Shown one piece after another: positions 42,292 to 52,326 of a DNA stretch of 64,000 nucleotides. Every line of letters begins with the position of its first letter. The first letter of the stretch is position 1. Origin of the DNA: an uncultured bacterium (GTDB lineage: Bacteria; Auribacterota; Erginobacteria; Erginobacterales; Erginobacteraceae); the NCBI GenBank assembly GCA_963822585.1, contig CAWGIE010000019.1, forward strand, positions 487,949 through 551,948, read 5' to 3'. The translations under genes and the position numbers were made by a program. The notes beneath the pieces were generated by a model. That model was not told where the DNA came from. It saw nothing but the letters and a program-made list of their open reading frames with translations, and did no database searches.

Positions 42292-43719
42292 ATGCGCTCG
42301 ATCCGCTGGAAACTGATTGCCGCCTTTCTGCTGGTCGTCTTTGTTCCTCTTTACCTGGTCAACCGCTATGGGCTGGACTTCTTCGACCGCTATACCCGCG
42401 CCGCTCTCGAAAACGAGATGGTCGCTTACGCGCTCATTGCCGGGGAGCAATACAGAACGATGGTTTTTTGCGCCGCTGAGGAAGAAAAATCCGGAGTGGA
42501 GCTGATCTACGCGGACCTCCTTTCCAGCTACGGTCCGGAGATACAGTCCCGGATCAGGATCATCTCCCCGGAAGGAATAGTCCTCTTCGATTCCCATGAC
42601 GACTCGACGGTGGGAAGCGACTTCTCCAACCGGCCCGAGGTTGTCAGGAGCCTGTCGGGAAAGTACGGCGCCCGATCGGCGCTGACCGATGACGGGAAGT
42701 TCCTATACTATTACGTGGCGCTCCCCATTACCGATGCCGATGGAAAGGTGCTCGCCGTCGCCTATGTTTCCCGTCATACCGGGCCGATTATCCGGGCGCT
42801 CAAGGAGATGAAGTCACAGCAGCGGCGGGCACTCTTCCTGGCTGTGGCGGCGGCTTTCCTGACGGCGGTTGTTCTGGCCCTGACGATCACCCGGCGGCTG
42901 CGCCGGCTGACCCGCGCCACCCGGGATTTCGCGGAGGGAACCGCCCCGATGGAAGTCCGGATCGGGGGGAAGGACGAGATCGGCGAGCTGGCCCGCTCGG
43001 TCAAGCGGATGGCGGAAGAGATCGACCGGAGAAACCGGTACAACCGGGATTTTCTCTCCGAGACCACCCACGAGCTGAAAGCTCCCCTGACGGCGATCAA
43101 GGGCGCGGTGGAAATCCTGGAACAGGGCGCGGCCGAGAAGCCCGCTTCCCGGGATAAGTTCATTTCCAATATACGGCATGATGTCGAGCGGATGATCCGG
43201 CTGGTAGGAGAACTCACCCGCCTGACGCAGCTCGACGTGGATGTCCTGAGTGAGAAAAAAGAGCCGGTTGAATATTGTACTTTTCTCCGGCAGCTGGTTG
43301 AGCGGGTCCGGGCGGCCCGGGCCGGACAAAACCCCCCGCTCACGGTCTCGGTTCCCGACGGTGCTTATACCGTGTCCATGATCCCCCATCGGATCGAGCA
43401 AGTGATCAACAACCTGCTGGAAAACGCCTTCCGGTACACACCGCCGGCCGGCACGGTCGAACTGGGCCTCCGGGAGGGACCGGACCAGACGGTCGTCACG
43501 AGCGTCCGGGACACCGGTCCGGGGATTGCCCCCGCCAATGTGGAGAAAATTTTTGACCGTTTCTTTACCACCGAACCCAAGGACCGGGAGAAGGCTTACG
43601 GAAGCGGTCTCGGTCTCGCCATCGCCCGGTCCATCATCGAGAACCACGGCGGCCGGATTTGGGTGGAGAGCACGTCGAACCGTGGAGCAACATTCTTTTT
43701 CTCACTTTCCATCAGCTAA
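42292..43719 (+). CDS. Sensor histidine kinase (HAMP-HisKA-HATPase)
   Basis: Two TM helices, DEIGEL, HELKAPLT, NLLENA, DTGPGI, GSGLGL. Confidence 0.95.
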   Translation: MRSIRWKLIAAFLLVVFVPLYLVNRYGLDFFDRYTRAALENEMVAYALIAGEQYRTMVFCAAEEEKSGVELIYADLLSSYGPEIQSRIRIISPEGIVLFDSHDDSTVGSDFSNRPEVVRSLSGKYGARSALTDDGKFLYYYVALPITDADGKVLAVAYVSRHTGPIIRALKEMKSQQRRALFLAVAAAFLTAVVLALTITRRLRRLTRATRDFAEGTAPMEVRIGGKDEIGELARSVKRMAEEIDRRNRYNRDFLSETTHELKAPLTAIKGAVEILEQGAAEKPASRDKFISNIRHDVERMIRLVGELTRLTQLDVDVLSEKKEPVEYCTFLRQLVERVRAARAGQNPPLTVSVPDGAYTVSMIPHRIEQVINNLLENAFRYTPPAGTVELGLREGPDQTVVTSVRDTGPGIAPANVEKIFDRFFTTEPKDREKAYGSGLGLAIARSIIENHGGRIWVESTSNRGATFFFSLSIS

Positions 43720-43739
43720 TGCCGCACCAAACCGATCAA

Positions 43740-43881
43740 AAGGGGTCAAACCAAAAGGGGTCAAGTCTACTCTTGGCTCATGTTTCTATTTTTCAATACA
43801 CAACATATCTGAAGGATAAATGAAATGAGCCAAGAGTAGACTTGACCCCTTTATGACCCCTTTATATATGGTTGACCCCTT
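43740..43881. repeat. REPIN-like inverted repeat with GGGGTCA ends
   Basis: AAAGGGGTCAAGTCTACTCTTGGCTCAT facing ATGAGCCAAGAGTAGACTTGACCCCTTT, plus extra TGACCCCTT copies. Confidence 0.8.
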
Positions 43882-43883
43882 AA

Positions 43884-43921
43884 GTCATAATTAATCACAG
43901 CGCTGTCATAATTCTGCCGTA
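43884..43921 (+). promoter_or_regulatory. Putative OmpR/PhoB-type direct-repeat operator
   Basis: GTCATA, ATCACA, GTCATA, GCCGTA at 43884, 43894, 43905, 43916. Confidence 0.5.
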
Positions 43922-44017
43922 CTTCCCTGATACATCCTTTCCCGACACTGGGGGCCTTTCCGATTAACGGCTCCCGCGACTCTTCCCATGCCGGGAGGAC
44001 ACGAAAAGGAGGAAAGG

Positions 44018-47000
44018 ATGAGAAATATCAGGGAGTGGATCGGGCGGGAACGCTGGTTCGTACTGGCCGTTCTCTTTTTGTTGTTAAATACCTATGGCAT
44101 ACTTCGTCTGACCGGCCGGCCCCTCGGCCACGGTGGTGAAATACGGATCACTGATGTCTCACCGGATCCCGACCGGCCCCTGACCGGGCGCGATCAGATC
44201 CGATGGACATTTAACGCCGGGATGACCGATGATGCCGGGATCGGGATCGGCCTGCCGGAGGATCCCTTCATCTTCACACCGCACGTCCCCGGGCGGTATC
44301 ACTGGGAATCACCCCGAACCCTCGTCTTTGTTCCCGCTTCGGAATGGTCTCCTTGCCGCCGGTATCTCGCCGATCCAACAAAGGATCTCATTATCCCGGA
44401 GGGAAAAACGTTCCGATCCGGACCCGCCTTTGAATTCCGGACCGAACCGCTCCGGCTGATGGAAATGGGCCAGGCGGATATCTCCCCATCCCGGGAGCTC
44501 GCTTTACGCCTGGTATTCAACGCCCCGGTCAGCCGGGCTTCTTTTCAAGGAGCCTTTTCTCTTCTCGGTCCATCCGGAAAACCGGTTGACTGGCATTTCG
44601 ACGGCCCCGCGGCCGGCCGTACCGTCCTGATCAGGAGCAGAGCGTTACCCCCGGACTGGGATCATCTCTCCCTGGAACTGAAGGAAGGCATGCAGAGCAC
44701 GAACGGTCCCGTGGGGCTGGAGGAGGCAGTATCTCGGAGGGTGGAGATCAGAGACGACCTTGCCCTCCTCGGGCTGAAGCCCAGAATGAACTCCTTCGCC
44801 GGAGGAGAGATCGAGGCCTCTTTCACGACCGCTCTCGACCCGGGAGCGGCCAGAAATCACCTGTCCTTCGATCCGGAAATGAATTTCACCGTTGAAGAGA
44901 TGTACCGTTATGGATACCGGTCTTCCCTCCGGATCAGGAGTGATTTTCAACCCGGACAGGTATACGCCCTGACTCTTCACCGGGGACTGCCGGCCCGCAG
45001 TGGAAGCCGTCTCGCCGGGGACGTGGTCAGGAACGTTTATTTCCCCGACCGGCCGCCGTCCATCATCTTCAAGGATCGCGGGCACTATCTTTCCCCGGCA
45101 TCGTCCTGCCTGATCCCGATCCGGACGGTGAACCTGAACCGCTTCACCGCCACCGTCGAGCGGATTTTTCCCAATAACCTGGTCCAGTTCGCCATGAGGG
45201 ATACCAACGGCTACCACAGTTACTATGGGGAAGCTCGTCAGGGGCTGACCGCGGTTTCGGGAGAGACGGAGATCGCGGTCTCGGCGGAGCCGAACAATCC
45301 GGTGGACACCCCGTTGCCCCTGCGGCCCCTGCTCGGGGAAGACCCGTCCGGTGCTTTCTGGGTAACGGTGAAGTCGGACGAAGCCGGCGAAGCCGGGCAT
45401 CTGGTGGTGATTACCGACACCGGGATCTCGGTCAAGGTATCACCCCGGGGCATACTGGTCTGGGCCAACTCGCTCCGTACCCTGGAGCCGGTATCCGGGG
45501 CCCGGGTGCGGGTTTATTCCCGCTCAAATCAGGAGATCGGCAGCGGGCTTACCGGTGACGACGGGCTCGCCTCCCTCCGGCGCGAGGGACCGGAGGAGCC
45601 GTTCCTGGTCACGGTAACCCGGGGGGCCGACGTCTCTTTCATCACGCTCGGGGATACCCGGGTTGAAACGGTGGAGAACAATCAGGGGAGGTCCTATCTC
45701 CGGGACGGGTACGAGGCCTATCTCTTCACCGACCGCGGCGTCTACCGGCCCGGAGAAGAGATCCGGTGCGGTGCCGTTATCCGGGGCGTCGATCTGGCGT
45801 CTCCCCCGGTCTTCCCGCTTACCTTCCGGCTTCTCCGGCCGGACGGAAAAGAGGACCGGAGGTTTACCGAGATCCCCGGGAGAGCGGGGACGGCGGAGGT
45901 CAAAATCCCCCTGGCCGGGTACGCGATGACCGGCAGGTATCGGGTTGAATGCCTGGTGCCGGGAGAAGACGCCCCGATCGGTACGGTCGACTTCGCCGTG
46001 GAAGAGTTCGTTCCCCCCCGGATCGAGGTCACGGCTGTTCAGGAGGAAGGGCGCTGCCGGGTTGAGGACGAACTCCTTTTCCCGGTCCGGGCGCGTCATC
46101 TCTTCGGAGCCCCCGCGGCCGGGCTGCCGGTTGCCGGCTGGGTGGAGATCCGGCCGGAACCGTTCACCCCCGAGGGCTGGCCCGGTTACCTCTTCGGCGA
46201 CCGGGAGAAAGAGGGCCGAACCGAAACTCTCACTCTGAACTCGACGGTACTCGATCAGGAAGGAGAGGCGGATTTTACGGTCCGTCTCGCAAACGATCGG
46301 AATCCACCCGCATCCTTCCGGGCGGTTTTCGGCTGCTCGGTGACCGAAACCGGCGGCCGGACGGTAACCGCTTATTCCGCCCGCGTAATCGACCCCTACC
46401 CGTTTTATATCGGTATCCGGACGGAAGAAAGCGGCGGTTATTTCCCGGCCGGCCGGCCGATCGAATTGCAGGTAGCCGCCGTCCGTCCATCGGGGGAAGC
46501 GGCTCCGGAAGCTCCCGATCTGGAGTTCACGGCCAGCCTGGTCACCTGGTCGACCGTCCTCAAGAAAAAGGAGGAAGGTTCCTATGGTTACGTCTCGGAA
46601 CGGCAGCTTCAGCCGGCCGGCCGCCAGGTGATCCGGCTGGAAGAAGGCCGCGGCGCATTTTCGTATCTCCCCGACCTGCCCGGGCAGTATCTCTTCCTGC
46701 TCCGGGATCCCCTCACCGGTTCGTCCACCTCTCTCACTTTATATGCCGGGACACCCGACCAGGAATGGATCGCCTGGTCGATGGAGCGGCCGGAACGGGT
46801 TGAGCTCTCATTCGATCGGGAATGTTATTTACCGGGAGAAGAGGCGGTTCTCGCCATCCGGTCGCCTTTCCCCGGGAAGGCTCTCGTCACCGTGGAGTCG
46901 GATTCCGTTCTGGAAGAACGGATCATTAATCTGGAAAAAAACACGGCCGAGATATCAATCCCGGTCCGTGCCGGATACGCGCCCAATGTCTTCTGTACCG

Positions 47001-49477
47001 TGACCGTCATCCGGGCGGTTGCCCCGGGGGAGGTATGGGCCGCTCACCGTGCCGCCGGCGGTATCGCGCTTCCGATTGATGTTTCGGAGAATCGGCTTTC
47101 GCTGAGCATATCGGCCCCGGCGACGGCACGCCCGAAGACGAAGCTGGCCGTTGTCCTCAGGGTGACCGATGCTTCAGGCGCTCCCGCTGAATCCGAGGTG
47201 CTGGTGGCGGCGGTCGACGAAGGGATCTGCAGCCTGACGGACTTTCCCTCCCCCGATCCGTTCGCATTCTTCCTGGGTCCTCGCTGTCTGGGAGTGTCAC
47301 TCTATGATATCTACGCTCTGCTCCTGCCCGAGATCAAAGAGACGGTACTGGGATCCCCCGCACAACCTGGCGGCGATGGGATCGCAGAGACGCTCAGCCG
47401 CCGCCTCAATCCGGTGACCGTTGGGAGGTTTCGGCCGGTCGCTCTCTGGTCCGGATGGACGAAAACGGGACCGGACGGCCGGGTGACGATCGAATTCGAA
47501 ATCCCGGAATTTACCGGCGAGCTGCGCCTGATGGCTTCGGCCGTCTCGGAAGGGGCCTTCGGTTCGGCGGTCCAATCGGTAACGATAAAAAGAAACCTCG
47601 TTGTTCGGGATTCGCTTCCCCGCTTCCTGGCTCCCGATGACACCTGCCTGATGTCGGTTCGGGTTTTCAACCAAACCGGTCATGACGGGGAAGCCCGGAT
47701 CGATCTGTCCTGCTCGGGCGGTCTCCTGACAGGAAAGCCCAGCAAGAAGTCGACGACCTCGAGCCGGGTCCTGTCGCTTCCGGAAGGATCGAGCGAGGAG
47801 ACAATCTTCGCTATCGCCGCTCCCCCGAACCCCGGGTCGGGGACGGTCAGCCTGAGCGTGCGGATGAGAGATGAGGTCTTCCAAGAAACCACCGCACTGA
47901 GTATCCGGCCGCCCGCGGCCCTCCAGTCCCGCGCCGCCGCGGGCATGGTTCCTCCGGGAGAGACCGCACTGATCGCGGTCCCTGGTGAATGGCTGTCGGG
48001 AACGGTCCGGCAGGAACTATCTCTTTCGGGTCGTCCCGGCGTGCAGCTGGCCGGTAACCTCACCGATCTTCTCCGGTATCCGTACGGTTGCGTCGAACAG
48101 ACAACATCGGGGGCGTTCCCTCTTCTTTACCTGGCGGACCTCGCCGAAGAGGAGATGCCGGGATCGATCGGTCCCGAGGAATGCCGCCGGCTGGTCAATG
48201 CCGGGATCCACCGGCTTCTTTCCATGCAGACGGTCACCGGGGGGTTCGGTTACTGGCCCGGGGACTCGGATCCTTATGAGTGGGGATCGGTTTACGCGAC
48301 GCATTTTCTGGTGGAGGCGGCCAGGGCCGGTTACGAGGTGCCGGATGACCGGCTGAAATCGGCGACGGGATATCTCCTGGGCCTTCTCGAGCGCTCGGGG
48401 TCTTCATCGGAAAGGGATGATGACCGGGCCTGGCGGGACGATCGGTGCTTAAAATCGTACGCTTGCCTGGTCCTGGCCCAGGCCGGCATCCCCTCCCCGG
48501 GCTGGACCGCCCGTCTGGCGGAGCAGGAGGAACGTCTCGATCAATCCTCCCGGCTCAACGTGGCGGGGGCTTTGCTGGCGGAGGGGCGCCGCGAAGAGGC
48601 CCAACGCATCCTGGCCGCTGTTTCACCGTCAATGCCGCCGGAGAAGCCGGAGACGGGAGGCTGCCTCCGGTCAGGGATCCGATCCGCCGCGGCGGCCCTG
48701 TCACTCTGGATGGATCTCGATCCCGCGCACCCGGCGGTACCCGCCCTGATCAAGCGGCTGGAAGAGGCCTGCCGTGAAGGGAACTGGAGGACGACGCAGG
48801 AAAAGTCTCTGGCCCTGATGGCACTGGGAAGGTATTGCCGGTATCTCTCCCGGAGCGGAGAACCGGAAGGCTTCCGGGCCGTCGTAAACGGGATGCCGGA
48901 CCGCAAGGAGATCGACTCGGATAAAACAAACGGACGTCTGGTGACATTCAGCGAAAACACGGACGGTCCGATCCGGGTGGAGAATGAGGGGCCGGGAACG
49001 GTTTATTATAGCTGGCGGATGGAGGGGGTCCCCGTTTCCGGGGAAGTGGCGGAGACGAATAGTGGGATCAGCATCCGCCGCCGCTTCCTTGACATGGAGG
49101 GTGGAGAGATCGAGGCCGTGGATCTTGAACAAGGGGGTCCGGTCGTAATCGAGATTACCGTTGATGGGGGCGGAGAGGAGATAGATAACCTGGTGATAAC
49201 CGATCTCCTCCCCGCCGGCCTTGAGATTGAGAACCCGGCGTTCTCGACCTCGCGCGTATGGACGGGTAAGAAAAGCACGCTTCCCGTCCGGCATGCCGAC
49301 CTCAGGGACGACCGCCTGCTCATCTTTACCGGGTCTTTTTCAGGGGAAAAGACGTATTACTATCTGGCCCGGGCCGTTACCCCCGGGAACTATACCTATC
49401 CCCTGATTACCGCCGAGTGTATGTACGATCCGGCTGTAAAAAGCGTTAACGGAGGGGGGAGAATTCGGGTTAAATAA
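44018..49477 (+). CDS. Bacterial alpha-2-macroglobulin (YfhM-like)
   Basis: TDRGVYRPGE, AAVDEG, thioester YPYGCVEQ, DLLPAGLE, RDDR; N-terminal TM anchor. Confidence 0.95.
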   Translation: MRNIREWIGRERWFVLAVLFLLLNTYGILRLTGRPLGHGGEIRITDVSPDPDRPLTGRDQIRWTFNAGMTDDAGIGIGLPEDPFIFTPHVPGRYHWESPRTLVFVPASEWSPCRRYLADPTKDLIIPEGKTFRSGPAFEFRTEPLRLMEMGQADISPSRELALRLVFNAPVSRASFQGAFSLLGPSGKPVDWHFDGPAAGRTVLIRSRALPPDWDHLSLELKEGMQSTNGPVGLEEAVSRRVEIRDDLALLGLKPRMNSFAGGEIEASFTTALDPGAARNHLSFDPEMNFTVEEMYRYGYRSSLRIRSDFQPGQVYALTLHRGLPARSGSRLAGDVVRNVYFPDRPPSIIFKDRGHYLSPASSCLIPIRTVNLNRFTATVERIFPNNLVQFAMRDTNGYHSYYGEARQGLTAVSGETEIAVSAEPNNPVDTPLPLRPLLGEDPSGAFWVTVKSDEAGEAGHLVVITDTGISVKVSPRGILVWANSLRTLEPVSGARVRVYSRSNQEIGSGLTGDDGLASLRREGPEEPFLVTVTRGADVSFITLGDTRVETVENNQGRSYLRDGYEAYLFTDRGVYRPGEEIRCGAVIRGVDLASPPVFPLTFRLLRPDGKEDRRFTEIPGRAGTAEVKIPLAGYAMTGRYRVECLVPGEDAPIGTVDFAVEEFVPPRIEVTAVQEEGRCRVEDELLFPVRARHLFGAPAAGLPVAGWVEIRPEPFTPEGWPGYLFGDREKEGRTETLTLNSTVLDQEGEADFTVRLANDRNPPASFRAVFGCSVTETGGRTVTAYSARVIDPYPFYIGIRTEESGGYFPAGRPIELQVAAVRPSGEAAPEAPDLEFTASLVTWSTVLKKKEEGSYGYVSERQLQPAGRQVIRLEEGRGAFSYLPDLPGQYLFLLRDPLTGSSTSLTLYAGTPDQEWIAWSMERPERVELSFDRECYLPGEEAVLAIRSPFPGKALVTVESDSVLEERIINLEKNTAEISIPVRAGYAPNVFCTVTVIRAVAPGEVWAAHRAAGGIALPIDVSENRLSLSISAPATARPKTKLAVVLRVTDASGAPAESEVLVAAVDEGICSLTDFPSPDPFAFFLGPRCLGVSLYDIYALLLPEIKETVLGSPAQPGGDGIAETLSRRLNPVTVGRFRPVALWSGWTKTGPDGRVTIEFEIPEFTGELRLMASAVSEGAFGSAVQSVTIKRNLVVRDSLPRFLAPDDTCLMSVRVFNQTGHDGEARIDLSCSGGLLTGKPSKKSTTSSRVLSLPEGSSEETIFAIAAPPNPGSGTVSLSVRMRDEVFQETTALSIRPPAALQSRAAAGMVPPGETALIAVPGEWLSGTVRQELSLSGRPGVQLAGNLTDLLRYPYGCVEQTTSGAFPLLYLADLAEEEMPGSIGPEECRRLVNAGIHRLLSMQTVTGGFGYWPGDSDPYEWGSVYATHFLVEAARAGYEVPDDRLKSATGYLLGLLERSGSSSERDDDRAWRDDRCLKSYACLVLAQAGIPSPGWTARLAEQEERLDQSSRLNVAGALLAEGRREEAQRILAAVSPSMPPEKPETGGCLRSGIRSAAAALSLWMDLDPAHPAVPALIKRLEEACREGNWRTTQEKSLALMALGRYCRYLSRSGEPEGFRAVVNGMPDRKEIDSDKTNGRLVTFSENTDGPIRVENEGPGTVYYSWRMEGVPVSGEVAETNSGISIRRRFLDMEGGEIEAVDLEQGGPVVIEITVDGGGEEIDNLVITDLLPAGLEIENPAFSTSRVWTGKKSTLPVRHADLRDDRLLIFTGSFSGEKTYYYLARAVTPGNYTYPLITAECMYDPAVKSVNGGGRIRVK

Positions 49478-49635
49478 TTTTACACGCTTAGAATACAGAA
49501 ATGAATTTTAAATACTATTTAAAGATAATATTTAAATAGTATTTTTAAAAAACCCCGGATATCCAAATTATTATTTAAGAGAGATATTTGAAATATAATA
49601 TCATAATTATATTCCGAATATTCGTTTAAATATAA

Positions 49636-51918
49636 ATGAAACTTCATAGATGTATTAAAATCTTTATATTTATCGTCATTATTCCCACAAGTCTCCTAAT
49701 TCTCCTTTGGCATCTCCTTCCCTTCTCCGAAGAAAGACTTAATAGCATATCATCATCAACGATAATATACGATAGTACGGTATTTCCGTTAAGAATAACA
49801 CTCGGAGAAGATGAAATTATTTGCCAGCCGATACACCTGGAAGAATGTGGAAAATGGGTCACGATGGCGGCGGTAGCGGGAGAGGACAAGCGCTTCTTTC
49901 ATCACCACGGGGTGGATCCGATCGCTTTATTTCGGGCATCGGTCCAGAATATTTTATCCGGGAGGATCGTTTCCGGGGCCTCGACCATAAGCACTCTGGT
50001 AATAAAACTAACCGGGGAGCCCCGGCCGAGGAATCTTTTCACTAAATGTATCGAGGCATTCCGTGCCCTTCAGATGGAACAGATAAGAACAAAGAAGGAA
50101 ATCATGGAGCAATATCTGAATCGGGCGCCGTTCGGTTCCAACCTGATAGGGATCGCGGCGGCCGCCCGGAGATACTTCGGAAAAAAGCCCCGGGATTTGA
50201 CACTGGCGGAATCGGCGCTGCTGATGGGGGTGCCTCAGTCCCCTTCCCGTCTGCGCCCCGATCGTTACCCGGGCCGATCGCGGGAACGGATGTCACATAT
50301 TCTGGAACGGATGGAGGAGGGGGGCCTTATCTCAGAAGAAGAAAAACAGGAGGCTCTTAAACAACCGATCATGGCCGGCTTTCATTCCCTCCCCGGTAGT
50401 GCACCCCATTTTTGCGATCTTATCGTATCAAAATATCAGGGAGAAAAGACCGTACGGACATTCCTGGAACGGGAGTTACAGAAAATGGTGGAGGAAACCC
50501 TAAAAAAAGATTCAGGATCACGTTCGGCCGCCGGCATTACGGGGGGAGCCGTGGTTATCATACACGTTCCTTCGGGAGAAGTCAGAGCCCTGACCGGTTC
50601 CCCGGATTATGAAAACCCGATCTCCGGGCAGGTCAACTGCGCCGTCTCCCCCCGCTCACCGGGTTCGACATTAAAGCCATTCATCTATGGCCTGGCATTT
50701 GATCGTGGTCTCGGCACACCGGAGACTATCCTTGCTGACGTTCCTACGGCGTGGAGCGATTACCGCCCGGAGAATTTTGATGGCTCTTTCCGGGGTCCGG
50801 TCACCGTGAGATCGGCCCTGACTGATTCGCTCAATGTCCCCGCCGTCGGGGTGACAAAAAGACTGGGCGTCCAGGAATTACTCCAGCTCCTCCGCCAGGC
50901 CGGACTTACGACGCTGGATAAGCCGGCCGGCCATTACGGGTTGGGGATCGCGATCGGAGACGGGGAGGTGACGCTTCTCGATCTGACCAATGCCTATGCC
51001 GGACTGGCCCGGGGCGGGGTATTTATTCCCTATCGTCTGATCGTTTCTGATGAGCCGTTAAATAGGAGGCGCCTTTTTTCCCCCGGGGCCGCCTGGCTGA
51101 TTACGGATATTTTGCGGAACAAAAATCGCCGGGCATCACCGGATAATATCCCCATTGCCTCGACCTGTCCGGAATTTGCCTGGAAAACGGGTACATCGAA
51201 CGGTTACCGGGATGCCTGGGCGATCGGATACACGCCGGAGTACGCGGTCGGGGTCTGGATCGGAAATCCGAACGGGGCACCGGTGCAAGACTTGATCGGT
51301 AGTACAATGGCAGGTCCGGTATTAAAAGATATATTCAGAAGATTGTACCCGAAGGGAAATGCACCCCCGTTCCCGCGGCCGGAAGCGGTCAAGACCAGGA
51401 AGGTTTGCGCCCTGACGGGACTTCTCCCAACACGGAACTGTCCGGCCACGATCGAGGGAGACTATATTCCCGGTATTTCACCAACGGGTTTCTGTGATGT
51501 TCACAAAAAAGTTAAAATCCTCGATGGATCGCCGGATGAGGAATATCGGGTAGTAGAAAAATGGCCCCCGGAGATAGCAATTTTTCTGGAAGAGCAGAAA
51601 AAGGGTGAACAGTCCCCGGGAACGAAGCATGAAAAATCGGCCGCTATCGCGTGTCACAGGCCGCCGCTCCGGATAACGGCGCCGCTCAGTGGGGAAACGT
51701 TTCGACGGATGGACACCGGCCTCACCGGTCAGAACCGGATCGCTCTTTCCGCCTCCGGCGGTACAGGAATGATATACTGGTTCGAGAACGGCATCTATCT
51801 CGGCACCTCGGGGTCCGGTGAAAGTTTATTCAGGGAAATAGATAAAAAAGGCGAGTTGCGGATCGCCTGCATTGATGATGAGGGGCACGGCGACCGGGTC
51901 AAGATAACCGTCGAATAA
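49636..51918 (+). CDS. pbpC: Penicillin-binding protein 1C
   Basis: EDKRFFHHHGVD, GASTI, GSTLKPF, SLN, KTGTS; follows the macroglobulin gene. Confidence 0.95.
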   Translation: MKLHRCIKIFIFIVIIPTSLLILLWHLLPFSEERLNSISSSTIIYDSTVFPLRITLGEDEIICQPIHLEECGKWVTMAAVAGEDKRFFHHHGVDPIALFRASVQNILSGRIVSGASTISTLVIKLTGEPRPRNLFTKCIEAFRALQMEQIRTKKEIMEQYLNRAPFGSNLIGIAAAARRYFGKKPRDLTLAESALLMGVPQSPSRLRPDRYPGRSRERMSHILERMEEGGLISEEEKQEALKQPIMAGFHSLPGSAPHFCDLIVSKYQGEKTVRTFLERELQKMVEETLKKDSGSRSAAGITGGAVVIIHVPSGEVRALTGSPDYENPISGQVNCAVSPRSPGSTLKPFIYGLAFDRGLGTPETILADVPTAWSDYRPENFDGSFRGPVTVRSALTDSLNVPAVGVTKRLGVQELLQLLRQAGLTTLDKPAGHYGLGIAIGDGEVTLLDLTNAYAGLARGGVFIPYRLIVSDEPLNRRRLFSPGAAWLITDILRNKNRRASPDNIPIASTCPEFAWKTGTSNGYRDAWAIGYTPEYAVGVWIGNPNGAPVQDLIGSTMAGPVLKDIFRRLYPKGNAPPFPRPEAVKTRKVCALTGLLPTRNCPATIEGDYIPGISPTGFCDVHKKVKILDGSPDEEYRVVEKWPPEIAIFLEEQKKGEQSPGTKHEKSAAIACHRPPLRITAPLSGETFRRMDTGLTGQNRIALSASGGTGMIYWFENGIYLGTSGSGESLFREIDKKGELRIACIDDEGHGDRVKITVE

Positions 51919-52216
51919 AAACGGCTAATAGCGCAAAAAACAAGCTCTGACCCCAAATCCTTTTAAAGTTTTGGCGGGCCAGATGATGATTAATCGTAAA
52001 AAATAACCCAATTTATTTCTAAATCGGGTTCAAGGGATGGATTCCAGGTATCCGTTTCATCCATTCCGAAGACGACTGCCAGCTTGGCCGACAGGTAAAT
52101 AATAGGGATCCTATTTAAACGCGAATTTGCCTGAAGAATCCGGAAGAACTTTCTAAATAATTGTTCAAATTATATTATATGCTGGAAATCAGAGAGATAC
52201 CGATTATTTAATTACA

Positions 52217-52259
52217 TGACGAAATCACCAGTCTTACGGTAAGACGGGCGATTTCGTCA
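52217..52259. terminator. Inverted repeat between convergent genes
   Basis: TGACGAAATCACCAGTCTTAC-G-GTAAGACGGGCGATTTCGTCA. Confidence 0.45.
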
Positions 52260-52326
52260 ACTATTTTAGAAGCTGTCGCCTAATATGATCTATTGTGGAA
52301 GGGTTTTTAACACCGATTTCGTTGTT

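Noticed and set aside
49478..49820. AT-rich patch as a foreign insertion
   Set aside because: The pbpC frame is continuous and no element ends are visible; it is probably a promoter and membrane-anchor region.
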